Virus record (IMG/VR): IMGVR_UViG_3300009553_000019
Coordinates: 32,001 to 96,000 of that record
Origin: a virus
Length of the DNA: 64,000 nt
Reading direction: 5' to 3' (one strand)
Positions 21,122-29,063 of the stretch are shown in pieces. The notes under the pieces are model-generated. The model ran no database searches. It was not told where the DNA came from and saw only the letters and a program-made list of their open reading frames with translations. Made by a program: the position numbers and the translations under genes. Position 1 is the first letter of the stretch. Every line of letters begins with the position of its first letter.

Positions 21122-21130
21122 CTATAATCT

Positions 21131-21203
21131 GCCACCTTAGCTCAGTTGGTCGAGCAGCTGTTTTGTAAGCAGCAGGTCATCGGTTCAAATCCGATAGGTG
21201 GCT
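21131..21203 (+). tRNA. tRNA-Thr(UGU)
   Basis: Acceptor GCCACCT/AGGTGGC, anticodon loop TTTGTAA, T-loop GTTCAAAT; followed by CTA, no CCA. Confidence 0.95.
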
Positions 21204-21235
21204 CTAATGACTCTTTGTAAAAATCTTGATTCTGC

Positions 21236-21275
21236 TACTTGATTTGTCGTTAATCATTATTATGATGTTTGTATG
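21236..21275 (+). promoter_or_regulatory. Conserved phage early promoter, copy 3 (leaderless)
   Basis: TACTTGATT-N10-CATTATTATGAT-GTTTGT-ATG(21273). Confidence 0.8.
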
Positions 21276-21431
21276 GACAAATTGGAGCAAGGAAAGATCA
21301 AAGTTGAAGCTAGCAGGCTTAGGCTAGCTGGTTATGAAAAACAGGCTGAAGATCTTCTTGCTAAGATGTATAGCAAAGTCAAAGCAGAGAAGCTCAAGAA
21401 CAGGAAGAAATTCTTGAGTAGGAGTCGTTGA
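21273..21431 (+). CDS. Small basic protein, 52 aa (not in the ORF track)
   Basis: MDKLEQGKIKVEASRLRLAGYEKQAEDLLAKMYSKVKAEKLKNRKKFLSRSR*; starts at the promoter ATG and its stop abuts ATG 21432. Confidence 0.7.
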   Translation: MDKLEQGKIKVEASRLRLAGYEKQAEDLLAKMYSKVKAEKLKNRKKFLSRSR

Positions 21432-21680
21432 ATGAAACTGGAAATTGAAGTAACTCAGGTACAGGTAATTCGTATACCTTACCATACAGATACCATTTAC
21501 TTCTCTTTTGCTGGACCAACCCCCTTTCCAAAAATGTCAGAAAAAGAGCCTGGTAAGTATGGGCCCGTAATGAAAGTTGAATGCCAGAAAGGGTTTGCAG
21601 AAGTGTGGTTGAGATCAATGGGCATTACCTCTTGTGAATTGATCACTCAAGAAGGTTCTAAACAGGTTACTATCCCATGA
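21432..21680 (+). CDS. Hypothetical protein
   Basis: AGGAG RBS, tiles with neighbours. Confidence 0.6.
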   Translation: MKLEIEVTQVQVIRIPYHTDTIYFSFAGPTPFPKMSEKEPGKYGPVMKVECQKGFAEVWLRSMGITSCELITQEGSKQVTIP

Positions 21681-22066
21681 AAACCATCAAAACTGTCTGG
21701 AAGTTTCCCATTGTTAATGGTGAATTTACTCACAAGATTCCAGTTGGGGCTGAGTTCTTAACCCTACAGCGGTGGATGGAAACCCCTGTATTCTGGATGT
21801 TGGTAGATCCAAAAGCGAAGAAAGAGGAGCGAAAGTTCTTCCTTACAGGAACTGGAACCGATATTGAGGTTGATAGTAACTCAGTCCTAACTTACCTTGG
21901 CACATTCCAGATGCAAGGTGGTTCCACTGTCTTTCACTTATTTGAGATGACTGGAGTAGCTCCTGTCCTCAAGTTGCTAACCTCAAAAGAACCTCCACTA
22001 GAAACAGACGATTCAAAATCCGGTAACATTACTCCAACAGACCCTAAAGGAACGAATCAATGGTAA
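21677..22066 (+). CDS. Conserved phage hypothetical protein
   Basis: VWKFPI...GTG...YLGTFQ..GG..VFHLFE pattern common in phage proteins. Confidence 0.6.
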   Translation: MKTIKTVWKFPIVNGEFTHKIPVGAEFLTLQRWMETPVFWMLVDPKAKKEERKFFLTGTGTDIEVDSNSVLTYLGTFQMQGGSTVFHLFEMTGVAPVLKLLTSKEPPLETDDSKSGNITPTDPKGTNQW

Positions 22067-22428
22067 ACAGCTTGACTCGACAGCCTCAGAGAGATTTGAT
22101 CAGGTATCGATACATTCGTGAAGTTGGGACTAGAAAACCAATTGGTTGTGTTGCATATGCCCTGGGCATAGAAGGGATTCAGTTTGGTTGGTCGTTTTGT
22201 AGCCCATCTGATAAATGGGACACTAGCAAAGCTAGGATGATTGCTAGAAATCGTTTGTCTTCTGATTCTTTTCAGGAGCTTAGCTACGATACCCAGCAAT
22301 CCCCTACAAGAATGCTTCGAGATGCTTTGCAGACAATCGCAGAGCATTTTGCTAGTCATCGTGAACGAAATATGATCTCAATTATTCACGCATTGAGCAA
22401 TGACTGGGATCTCAACCCAGACCGATAA
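22060..22428 (+). CDS. Conserved phage hypothetical protein
   Basis: GWSFCSPSDKW...ARMIARNRL pattern; AAGGA RBS. Confidence 0.6.
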   Translation: MVNSLTRQPQRDLIRYRYIREVGTRKPIGCVAYALGIEGIQFGWSFCSPSDKWDTSKARMIARNRLSSDSFQELSYDTQQSPTRMLRDALQTIAEHFASHRERNMISIIHALSNDWDLNPDR

Positions 22429-22830
22429 ATGCGTCAATGGATGGTTAACCCACGGATACTCTGTAAACTCCACCTGGGAGGAGAAAATCTTGAACATTGG
22501 ATGTTTTTAGGTTCTATCAGGGTAGGAAAAACGAAGTGGGGTCACTACCCAGGTATGCTAGAAATCAAGAAGCTACATTCTCGACACGTTGAACTAGCAG
22601 CTGAAATGACAAGTCGAGGTTGGAATCATAAGAAGCCAATCACCAACCCAATGGTACATCATGCCTATGTCATAGGGCATGGAAACACAGCTTTTTGGGA
22701 TGGGTTCTTTCAGCCAGAACCAACTATAGACGTTGCAGCTAATGAACGAGAGCTTTGGAGACGTTGTCAGCGATGTAGAAATCGCATGGCAGTTTTAGGT
22801 TACAGATTTCCTCTAACAATCAATACTTAA
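22429..22830 (+). CDS. Pyrimidine-dimer DNA glycosylase (DenV/endonuclease V-like)
   Basis: MRQWMVNPRILCKLHLGGE..E and RH..LAAEM..RG..H motifs of the T4 endonuclease V-like family. Confidence 0.7.
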   Translation: MRQWMVNPRILCKLHLGGENLEHWMFLGSIRVGKTKWGHYPGMLEIKKLHSRHVELAAEMTSRGWNHKKPITNPMVHHAYVIGHGNTAFWDGFFQPEPTIDVAANERELWRRCQRCRNRMAVLGYRFPLTINT

Positions 22831-22861
22831 AGGAGCACTTTAAGTATTGGTATAATAGTAC
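22821..22861 (+). promoter_or_regulatory. 12-bp inverted repeat abutting an extended -10 promoter (leaderless GTG)
   Basis: CAATACTTAAAG-gagca-CTTTAAGTATTG (22821-22849), then TGgTATAAT, with GTG 22862 six nt after the -10. Confidence 0.65.
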
Positions 22862-23197
22862 GTGAACTTTAGCTACGCATCACTACTTCAAGCCTCATTA
22901 AACCAACTTGAGCTGGAAGTAAGGTTTGAATCACTGAGAAAGATGTTCTCACATATCAGTGGAATGCCTGAACACCAGATCCCTGATCATTGGATCTATC
23001 TGTGTAATCAACCAGAAATTGCAGATGCTGTAACTACCAAGAATGCTATTCAAGTTCGTATGCAATACAACTTCAGTATTCCGGTGAATACCAATGATCC
23101 TGCCTGGAGCTCTAAGTACAAGGGAAGGGTTGTAGATATGGTTCAGCAACTACTTGATGAAGGATATTTAAGACGTCTCGTTAAAAAATCTGCCTAA
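22862..23197 (+). CDS. Hypothetical protein
   Basis: 111-aa ORF with GTG start behind the extended -10. Confidence 0.55.
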   Translation: MNFSYASLLQASLNQLELEVRFESLRKMFSHISGMPEHQIPDHWIYLCNQPEIADAVTTKNAIQVRMQYNFSIPVNTNDPAWSSKYKGRVVDMVQQLLDEGYLRRLVKKSA

Positions 23198-23199
23198 GA

Positions 23200-23239
23200 C
23201 TATTGATTTGTTGAAAATCATTATTATGATGTTTGTATG
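23200..23239 (+). promoter_or_regulatory. Conserved phage early promoter, copy 4 (leaderless)
   Basis: TATTGATT-N10-CATTATTATGAT-GTTTGT-ATG(23237). Confidence 0.8.
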
Positions 23240-23383
23240 GCCGATTTGAAGAAAACAAAAGTCGAAAGTAGAGACGCTGTAGAGAAGAAACCAACTTTCA
23301 AAGATCTAGGCTTTGCTTCAAATGCTGATATGCTCTATTATCAAATTGCAATGGCTAAAGCAAAGAAGCGAGGTAAGAGATGA
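23237..23383 (+). CDS. Small basic protein, 48 aa (not in the ORF track)
   Basis: MADLKKTKVESRDAVEKKPTFKDLGFASNADMLYYQIAMAKAKKRGKR*; ATGA overlap with the next ORF. Confidence 0.7.
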   Translation: MADLKKTKVESRDAVEKKPTFKDLGFASNADMLYYQIAMAKAKKRGKR

Positions 23384-23667
23384 AAACGACTCTAGAGCCT
23401 GGACAAATTACTTGCGAGATTGATGGTTGGAATTTTGGTCAATCTTCATATGCAGAAACCGATAGCTATGACAAGGGTTCTGCAACTATCGACTCACAAG
23501 GTAGGTTTTGTATAGAAATTCTCAACACCATCTACGATGATCGAAATGGTGACTCAATCGAAGAGCATTCGATAACCATCCCTAAAGAGGTTTGGCAAGA
23601 ACTAGTTCGTCGGTTTAACTCTCAAAAAATTGTAGAAGTTGGCATGGTGGTTGAGAGGCACGATTGA
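23380..23667 (+). CDS. Hypothetical protein
   Basis: GAGG RBS, ATGA overlap. Confidence 0.6.
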   Translation: MKTTLEPGQITCEIDGWNFGQSSYAETDSYDKGSATIDSQGRFCIEILNTIYDDRNGDSIEEHSITIPKEVWQELVRRFNSQKIVEVGMVVERHD

Positions 23668-23674
23668 TTCTTCA

Positions 23675-24745
23675 ATGGTAAAAATAGTTAACCCAACTCC
23701 AGACAATTTCAAATCTGCTCATAGCAGATTTCCAGTAGTTCCAACTCAAGCAGAGATCCCTGGTGGGACTGCCGTTGAGGATTCGGTTGATTACTTCACC
23801 AACGACCATATTGCTAACCACCTGGAGAAGATCAAAGATATTCTCCAACGATCAGGTGATCTACAAAGAGTTTACGCTTACTCAAGAGCTGTAAATGCTA
23901 TTCGTAGCCACAGTATACCTGTCTCTAAGATGGATTTAAAGGCTGGTGATATAAAGTATGTTGGACCAGCCATCGTCCAGACTATTGAGGAGTTTATTGA
24001 GTCTGGTATGTCAAACAGGCTGAGAGACCTTGAAAAAGAGTTTCCACCACTACCAGATAGTTTGAAAGAGCTTGAGAAGGTTTCAGGCCTTGGACCAGTG
24101 AAGATTGCCAAGCTTCACAAAGAGTTTGGAGTCCTCAATCTAGCAGACTTGCAAAAACTGATTGACAGTAAACCTGATTATGAATTTGTAGCAAGTTTGA
24201 AGCAAGCTGTACACATTGCGTTAACCGAACAACCTAGAATCCCGATTGATGATGCTCTAGTAATCGGAGACCCAATCCTCGATGTTTTGAGAAATTGGGC
24301 AGAAGTGATCAAAGTTAGTTACGCTGGATCAATTCGACGAAAGCTTCCAACCGTAAAAGATATTGACATTGTTGTAGCAGTATCTGAGCATAATCGTAAA
24401 ACGGTTAGAGATAAAATCAAAGCGGCGTGGCCAGAAGATGTTTATGCAGACGGACCCAGCAAGACTCGTTTAAGAGTAAAAGGTCGTCAGCTAGACATTG
24501 TCTTTAGTGGGTTAGATTGCTGGGGAGCCAGCTTGGCATACTTCACTGGATCTCAAGCTCATAACATTCTTGTTAGAGAGCATGCTGCTAGCAAAGGTCT
24601 AAAACTCAACGAGTTTGGCTTAAACGAACGAAAAACGGGTATGTTTGTCTCAGGATGCCCTGACGAAAGGTTTCTTTATCAGTTACTAGGACTGAAGTAT
24701 GTAGAACCTGAAGATCGAACCGATAAAAAGCTAGAAACTTTATGA
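23675..24745 (+). CDS. polX: DNA polymerase X (no PHP domain)
   Basis: N-terminal lyase domain (RVYAYSRAVNAI), HhH motifs, GSIRR...KDIDIV, YFTGS..HN, LNEFGL; start codon uncertain. Confidence 0.9.
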   Translation: MVKIVNPTPDNFKSAHSRFPVVPTQAEIPGGTAVEDSVDYFTNDHIANHLEKIKDILQRSGDLQRVYAYSRAVNAIRSHSIPVSKMDLKAGDIKYVGPAIVQTIEEFIESGMSNRLRDLEKEFPPLPDSLKELEKVSGLGPVKIAKLHKEFGVLNLADLQKLIDSKPDYEFVASLKQAVHIALTEQPRIPIDDALVIGDPILDVLRNWAEVIKVSYAGSIRRKLPTVKDIDIVVAVSEHNRKTVRDKIKAAWPEDVYADGPSKTRLRVKGRQLDIVFSGLDCWGASLAYFTGSQAHNILVREHAASKGLKLNEFGLNERKTGMFVSGCPDERFLYQLLGLKYVEPEDRTDKKLETL

Positions 24746-24924
24746 AGATTCTATTTCAGGTTTGGTCTGTAGGGGCTATTGTTGCTGCCAGTATAGTTGA
24801 CGTTGAAGCAGTAAACAAAGTTGGCTGGTACAAATTACGAGAGATTTTAACAAATTTGGTGATTTCTTTAATCTGGCCTGTTTTGCCACTTCTTTACCTC
24901 TATGGTAAAATACGAGGGAAATGA
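24742..24924 (+). CDS. Small membrane protein
   Basis: Two hydrophobic helices, overlapping start/stop junctions. Confidence 0.5.
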   Translation: MKILFQVWSVGAIVAASIVDVEAVNKVGWYKLREILTNLVISLIWPVLPLLYLYGKIRGK

Positions 24925-25937
24925 GTCGTCTGCTAATCTGTGATGGAAATCCGTTGGCGTGGCGGAGTGCTCAGATTTATGAAAACCTAAGAACGAAATC
25001 AGGAATCCAAACCGGGATTATTTTTGGGGCACTTGAAAACCTGATTCGTGGAGTTACTGCTACCAAGCCAGATTCAATTATCGTAACCTGGGATATCAAC
25101 CGATCTCGATGGCGTAAAGAATTGCTTCCTAGCTACAAGTGTAGTCGAGATGTTAAGAAGTCTGCTTCTCAGGTAATCACCATAGACAATGTTGCAGAAC
25201 AGATGCTCTTAACAAGAAAGATTCTTGATCGAGCAGGTGTTCATCAGATTGGTGTTCCAGGAGTAGAGGCTGACGATCTTATTGGCATCCTCTCATCTGC
25301 TTTTGATCAGACGGGAAGCTATGATGAGGTGGTGATTATGTCACAGGATCATGACCTTCATCAGCTGATTCGCGGTCGAGTAAAATTCTACGAGCCAGTA
25401 AAGAAACAGTACATCACACCTGACTTTGTCAGAGAGAAGTTTTCTGGATTTGGCCCAGATGATCTAACACAGATCATGGCTTTGACAGGAGATGGTGGAG
25501 ATGATATACCTGGCATAAATGGAATCGGAGATGTATATGCAGTCAAGTTTCTAAAAGAATTTGGCTCTTTGGAAGCTCTTTTAGATCCTGCAAATGATGA
25601 TAGACTTAAAACTAGCAAACGTGGTCAGTCTATCATCGATGGTCGAGATATTATTCGAAAAGCCTTAAAGTTGGTTACTGTACCTAAAGTTGATGATTTC
25701 TCTCAATACCTAAACCAAGCTGAAATTTCAGCGTTTGTCGAAACTGTACGTTTACCTCCCCAAGCAGATCGATTTTCCTTTATTGGACTTGCAGAGCAAT
25801 ACGAGTTGAGGAAGTTTATAGGATCAGTGGATACAATTCTTCGAGATCCTCCAAATTTCTCTGGTTTTGAAAAGTGGTTCGAAATGACTCCAGAACGAAA
25901 TTTCGAATCAGATGCTAACCTTTTCTGGGAGAGGTAA
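24921..25937 (+). CDS. 5'-3' exonuclease / flap endonuclease (Pol I N-terminal-like)
   Basis: LICDGN, WD, YK, EADDLIG, SQDHDL.QL and LTGD.GDDIPGINGIG motifs. Confidence 0.92.
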   Translation: MSRLLICDGNPLAWRSAQIYENLRTKSGIQTGIIFGALENLIRGVTATKPDSIIVTWDINRSRWRKELLPSYKCSRDVKKSASQVITIDNVAEQMLLTRKILDRAGVHQIGVPGVEADDLIGILSSAFDQTGSYDEVVIMSQDHDLHQLIRGRVKFYEPVKKQYITPDFVREKFSGFGPDDLTQIMALTGDGGDDIPGINGIGDVYAVKFLKEFGSLEALLDPANDDRLKTSKRGQSIIDGRDIIRKALKLVTVPKVDDFSQYLNQAEISAFVETVRLPPQADRFSFIGLAEQYELRKFIGSVDTILRDPPNFSGFEKWFEMTPERNFESDANLFWER

Positions 25938-25939
25938 AC

Positions 25940-26257
25940 ATGTATTTATCATTGATAGAGACAGAACGAGTTTTTGGTTTTAAACCTAGATTAGCATTTG
26001 AAATCTACCAAAGAGAGGCTAGCAGTAATCATTTTTGGTTACTACAAGAACCAGGAGAAACCTTCTTTTGGATGCGACAGATCTTGTACAAAGAGAGGGA
26101 TATCAGTGTAGAGATTACTGGGTATCTAGGTAGGACAGTTCCTGAAACCCGAGTAGCAAATCAACCTAATTTGCAAGATCTTTGGAAGAAGTGGTATAGT
26201 CAAGCAGTTCAAAGCAGGGCTGGAATTCTTTGCCAGCCAGTAGTATACCCTTGCTGA
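25940..26257 (+). CDS. Hypothetical protein
   Basis: GAGG RBS, tiles between the exonuclease and the tRNA. Confidence 0.5.
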   Translation: MYLSLIETERVFGFKPRLAFEIYQREASSNHFWLLQEPGETFFWMRQILYKERDISVEITGYLGRTVPETRVANQPNLQDLWKKWYSQAVQSRAGILCQPVVYPC

Positions 26258-26267
26258 AGTAGTTTTA

Positions 26268-26350
26268 GCTCCATTGGCGTAATGGCAGCCGCAGAGGACT
26301 TAAAATCCTTTACTAGCAATAGTGTCCCGGTTCGAGTCCGGGATGGAGCA
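26268..26350 (+). tRNA. tRNA-Leu(UAA)
   Basis: Acceptor GCTCCAT/ATGGAGC, anticodon loop CTTAAAA, long variable arm ACTA-GCAA-TAGT, T-loop GTTCGAGT; no CCA. Confidence 0.93.
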
Positions 26351-26371
26351 CTGAAAGAAAGGAGGTTCAAA

Positions 26372-26698
26372 GTGTCACAAAGAGATCGTAAGCTAATCGA
26401 AAGCTGTATCGCAAGGCATAGCATCTTCAACCCTGTTCGATGGTTATTGAGGATTGGTATTGTCAGACCATATGAGAAGTCTACTCTAAACCTGAAATTA
26501 GGTAAAGTTGAGATTGACTGTCAATTAAAGGGACCTTTTAGTTGGGAACCTAAACACATATGGGTTTATGTCTGGAAGAGTGAAAGACGTATAGGTTTTT
26601 TTAGAAACTTGCCTGGGGTTGTTAACGACGTTGGAACATGGCTGCCACGTAGGTGGGGATTTTACATAGTCGGGTTTGAGTTTGGACAACGAGGTTAA
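26372..26698 (+). CDS. Hypothetical protein
   Basis: GTG 26372 preceded by GGAGG; the track's 26282 start lies inside the tRNA. Confidence 0.6.
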   Translation: MSQRDRKLIESCIARHSIFNPVRWLLRIGIVRPYEKSTLNLKLGKVEIDCQLKGPFSWEPKHIWVYVWKSERRIGFFRNLPGVVNDVGTWLPRRWGFYIVGFEFGQRG

Positions 26699-27044
26699 GT
26701 CTGCTGAAACGGTGGTTAAAGATTGGTATGTATATATGCTAATCAGTCAGAAAGACCAATCGATATACACTGGTATAACCACTGATCTGAATAGAAGAGT
26801 TAACCAACACAATTCTGGATCTGGTGCTAGGCATACTAGAAGTAGGCGACCATATCGACTACTTGGTTATGTCACCATTGGTGAATGCCCTGCTTTTGTA
26901 GAATCACCTCAGTCTAGAGCGTTGAAGCTTGAAGCTAAGGTAAAAACGCTAACTCATCAGGAAAAGTTAGAACTAGCATTGTCTAGGCTCTGGCAAGGGC
27001 CCCTGGTAGAATTAGTTAACAAGAATCTTGTTTTAGGTACTTGA
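26676..27044 (+). CDS. GIY-YIG nuclease (UPF0213-like)
   Basis: WYVYML...IYTGITTDLNRRVNQHNSG.GARHTR.RRP...ALKLEAKVK. Confidence 0.9.
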   Translation: MSLDNEVKSAETVVKDWYVYMLISQKDQSIYTGITTDLNRRVNQHNSGSGARHTRSRRPYRLLGYVTIGECPAFVESPQSRALKLEAKVKTLTHQEKLELALSRLWQGPLVELVNKNLVLGT

Positions 27045-27077
27045 TTTGTTGCATATCATTATTATGATATTTGTATA
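27038..27077 (+). promoter_or_regulatory. Conserved phage early promoter, copy 5 (short leader with SD)
   Basis: TACTTGATT-N10-CATTATTATGAT-ATTTGT-ATAGGA...ATG(27089). Confidence 0.8.
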
Positions 27078-27088
27078 GGAAGTTGAAG

Positions 27089-27406
27089 ATGGACCTCAAA
27101 TCAAAGTATCAGAACAAAGAAGCATTCGAACTTGACGAGCACCTATTTAGCTGGTCTGATACGTCGGCTACTGGAAGCTCTCACGGGGTTCTGTTTACTG
27201 ATATTGGAACTGACGACCATTTCTCTAAGGGCTTTTCTGTAGAGTTTGATGAGTCACAGTTGCGGGTTTGGGATTATTCGCAACAAAAAGTCGTAGAAGA
27301 GTACGACGCAGAGTTTCTTATCAGCGTAGTTGAGGAGTTGCTGTTGAAGTACAAGGAGATGAGCGATGAAGGATTTGGGGAAAAATTCAACGACCCACCA
27401 CGATGA
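27089..27406 (+). CDS. Hypothetical acidic protein
   Basis: ATG 27089 with AGGA SD downstream of the promoter; the track's TTG 27071 lies upstream of the predicted TSS. Confidence 0.6.
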   Translation: MDLKSKYQNKEAFELDEHLFSWSDTSATGSSHGVLFTDIGTDDHFSKGFSVEFDESQLRVWDYSQQKVVEEYDAEFLISVVEELLLKYKEMSDEGFGEKFNDPPR

Positions 27407-27551
27407 TGGATTCTCTCAAAGAATTGACAGAATCAAGAATCTTCTAACCTATGAAGTCGCTTTGCAAGATTTCCCTCTAGATTCTAACCCATATGAAATT
27501 ATCGGAGCAAAACTTTTGTTGAAGTGGGGAGCCAATGCCAACCGTATTTGA
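27366..27551 (+). CDS. Hypothetical protein
   Basis: AGGAG upstream; overlaps both neighbours. Confidence 0.4.
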   Translation: MKDLGKNSTTHHDDGFSQRIDRIKNLLTYEVALQDFPLDSNPYEIIGAKLLLKWGANANRI

Positions 27552-28827
27552 AATTTTTGAAGCTCTTGAAGCCGAACCTAGCAGGTTGGCAAAAGAGGCA
27601 ATCTTGAAGGAGAACAAGGACAATGAGCTACTTCGTGATTGCTTCTCTGCAGCCCTGGATCCGTATCGTCAGTATGGCGTAACGAATTTTAACAAGCCAG
27701 TTCCAGTTCCAGTTAACCAGCAATCTAGCACTGATGGTGTAGTTAAAAATTGGCTAAATCTGCTGACAATTTTTCAACGCAGGATTAACGTTGGTAATGC
27801 AGCTAGGACTAGAATTTTTGAATTCTTTTCCGCATGTACTGCACTAGAACAAAAATGGTGTGAGCGAATCATTACAAAAAATCTACGGTGTGGAGCTACT
27901 GAAGCAACCGTCAACAAAATCTGGCCAAAGCTCATCCCCAAATTTGAAGTTCAGTTAGCTGAAGAAGCAAAACTGGATGAGGTTAAGTACCCAGTCTATG
28001 TAGATCGAAAGATCGATGGGCTTCGATTGATCGCTTTTATCAGCCAAGGAACTGTTACGCTGATGACTCGTGGTGGTAAAGAGGTTGAAACCTTGCCAGC
28101 ACTTACTGAAGCTCTTTCCAAACTAGTTGGAGATTGGGTTCTGGATGGGGAAATTTACGGTGGAAACTGGAATGACAGTCAATCAGTAATCCACAGCTCC
28201 AAGACTCGTAAAGACGATTCAAAGATGGTTTACAACGTTTTTGATGCTATGAGTTTAGCTGAATGGCGATCTCAAAATTCACTCGATTTTTTGAGTCGAC
28301 AAAAACTGCTAATGCAATTGGTTCAAAAAATCGATTCCCCACTAGTAGTTCGAGTTGAGGGTGATATTGTAGTCGATGAAGAAACTTTGATGCTCTTTCA
28401 CAAGAAGAGCTTAGAGCTTGGCTATGAAGGTACTATGCTGAAGACCTTAGATTCAAGCTACAAGTTTGGCAGAGGAAAGAACGTAACAAAATTAAAACCA
28501 CTTTCTCGATGGACGGGAGTTGTTGTTGGGAGTTATCGTGGCAGCAAGGGAGGAAAATGGGAAAACGAGTTTGGCGGGTTCTATGTGATGGTAAAAGGGA
28601 GCAAGCGCCCAACACAGGTTGGGGGTGGTTTTTCTGATGAGCAACGAAAGACTTTTCTAGGTGCTGGGGTTGGCAGAGTAGTCGAAGTTGAGGGTCAGGA
28701 GCTTACAAAAGACGGGATGATTCGATTTCCTGTTTTTGTAGGTTTTCGTGAAGAAGCGGATCTTGATTCTCAAACAGTTTATGAGCTGAAAGAGTTGGTT
28801 AGTTACTGGATGACTAGAAATGGCTGA
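27535..28827 (+). CDS. ATP-dependent DNA ligase
   Basis: KIDGLR (adenylated Lys), LDGEI, FD, EGTMLK, KLKP, and an OB domain ending in RFPVF. Confidence 0.93.
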   Translation: MPTVFEIFEALEAEPSRLAKEAILKENKDNELLRDCFSAALDPYRQYGVTNFNKPVPVPVNQQSSTDGVVKNWLNLLTIFQRRINVGNAARTRIFEFFSACTALEQKWCERIITKNLRCGATEATVNKIWPKLIPKFEVQLAEEAKLDEVKYPVYVDRKIDGLRLIAFISQGTVTLMTRGGKEVETLPALTEALSKLVGDWVLDGEIYGGNWNDSQSVIHSSKTRKDDSKMVYNVFDAMSLAEWRSQNSLDFLSRQKLLMQLVQKIDSPLVVRVEGDIVVDEETLMLFHKKSLELGYEGTMLKTLDSSYKFGRGKNVTKLKPLSRWTGVVVGSYRGSKGGKWENEFGGFYVMVKGSKRPTQVGGGFSDEQRKTFLGAGVGRVVEVEGQELTKDGMIRFPVFVGFREEADLDSQTVYELKELVSYWMTRNG

Positions 28828-29005
28828 TATAAAGACTAACAAACAGTGGTTTAAAAGCTTAGACAGAGAAGGTAGAAAGCACGTCCTTAGCATGCTCCAT
28901 GAGGTGAGAGTATCATTTCGTCATTTTGAAGGGATTTCTAATCCCGAGGACGTTGTTAGCTCATACATAAAAGAGTTTGAAGATATTCACATCAAGATTT
29001 TTTAG
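28820..29005 (+). CDS. Hypothetical protein
   Basis: Tiles after the ligase. Confidence 0.45.
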   Translation: MADIKTNKQWFKSLDREGRKHVLSMLHEVRVSFRHFEGISNPEDVVSSYIKEFEDIHIKIF

Positions 29006-29014
29006 ACCTGACTC

Positions 29015-29055
29015 TACTTGATTTCTTTGTAGTCCATTATTATGATGTTTGTATG
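29015..29055 (+). promoter_or_regulatory. Conserved phage early promoter, copy 6
   Basis: TACTTGATT-N11-CATTATTATGAT-GTTTGT-ATG(29053). Confidence 0.8.
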
Positions 29056-29063
29056 AGGATCTC

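Noticed and set aside
20872-21135. Minus-strand ORFs here and throughout (e.g. 7736-8188, 12126-12572, 51809-52033)
   Set aside because: They are antisense shadows of + strand genes or tRNAs with no recognisable motifs; the + strand is already fully tiled.
26282-26371. N-terminal 30 codons of track ORF 26282..26698
   Set aside because: They overlap tRNA-Leu; GTG 26372 has a GGAGG SD.
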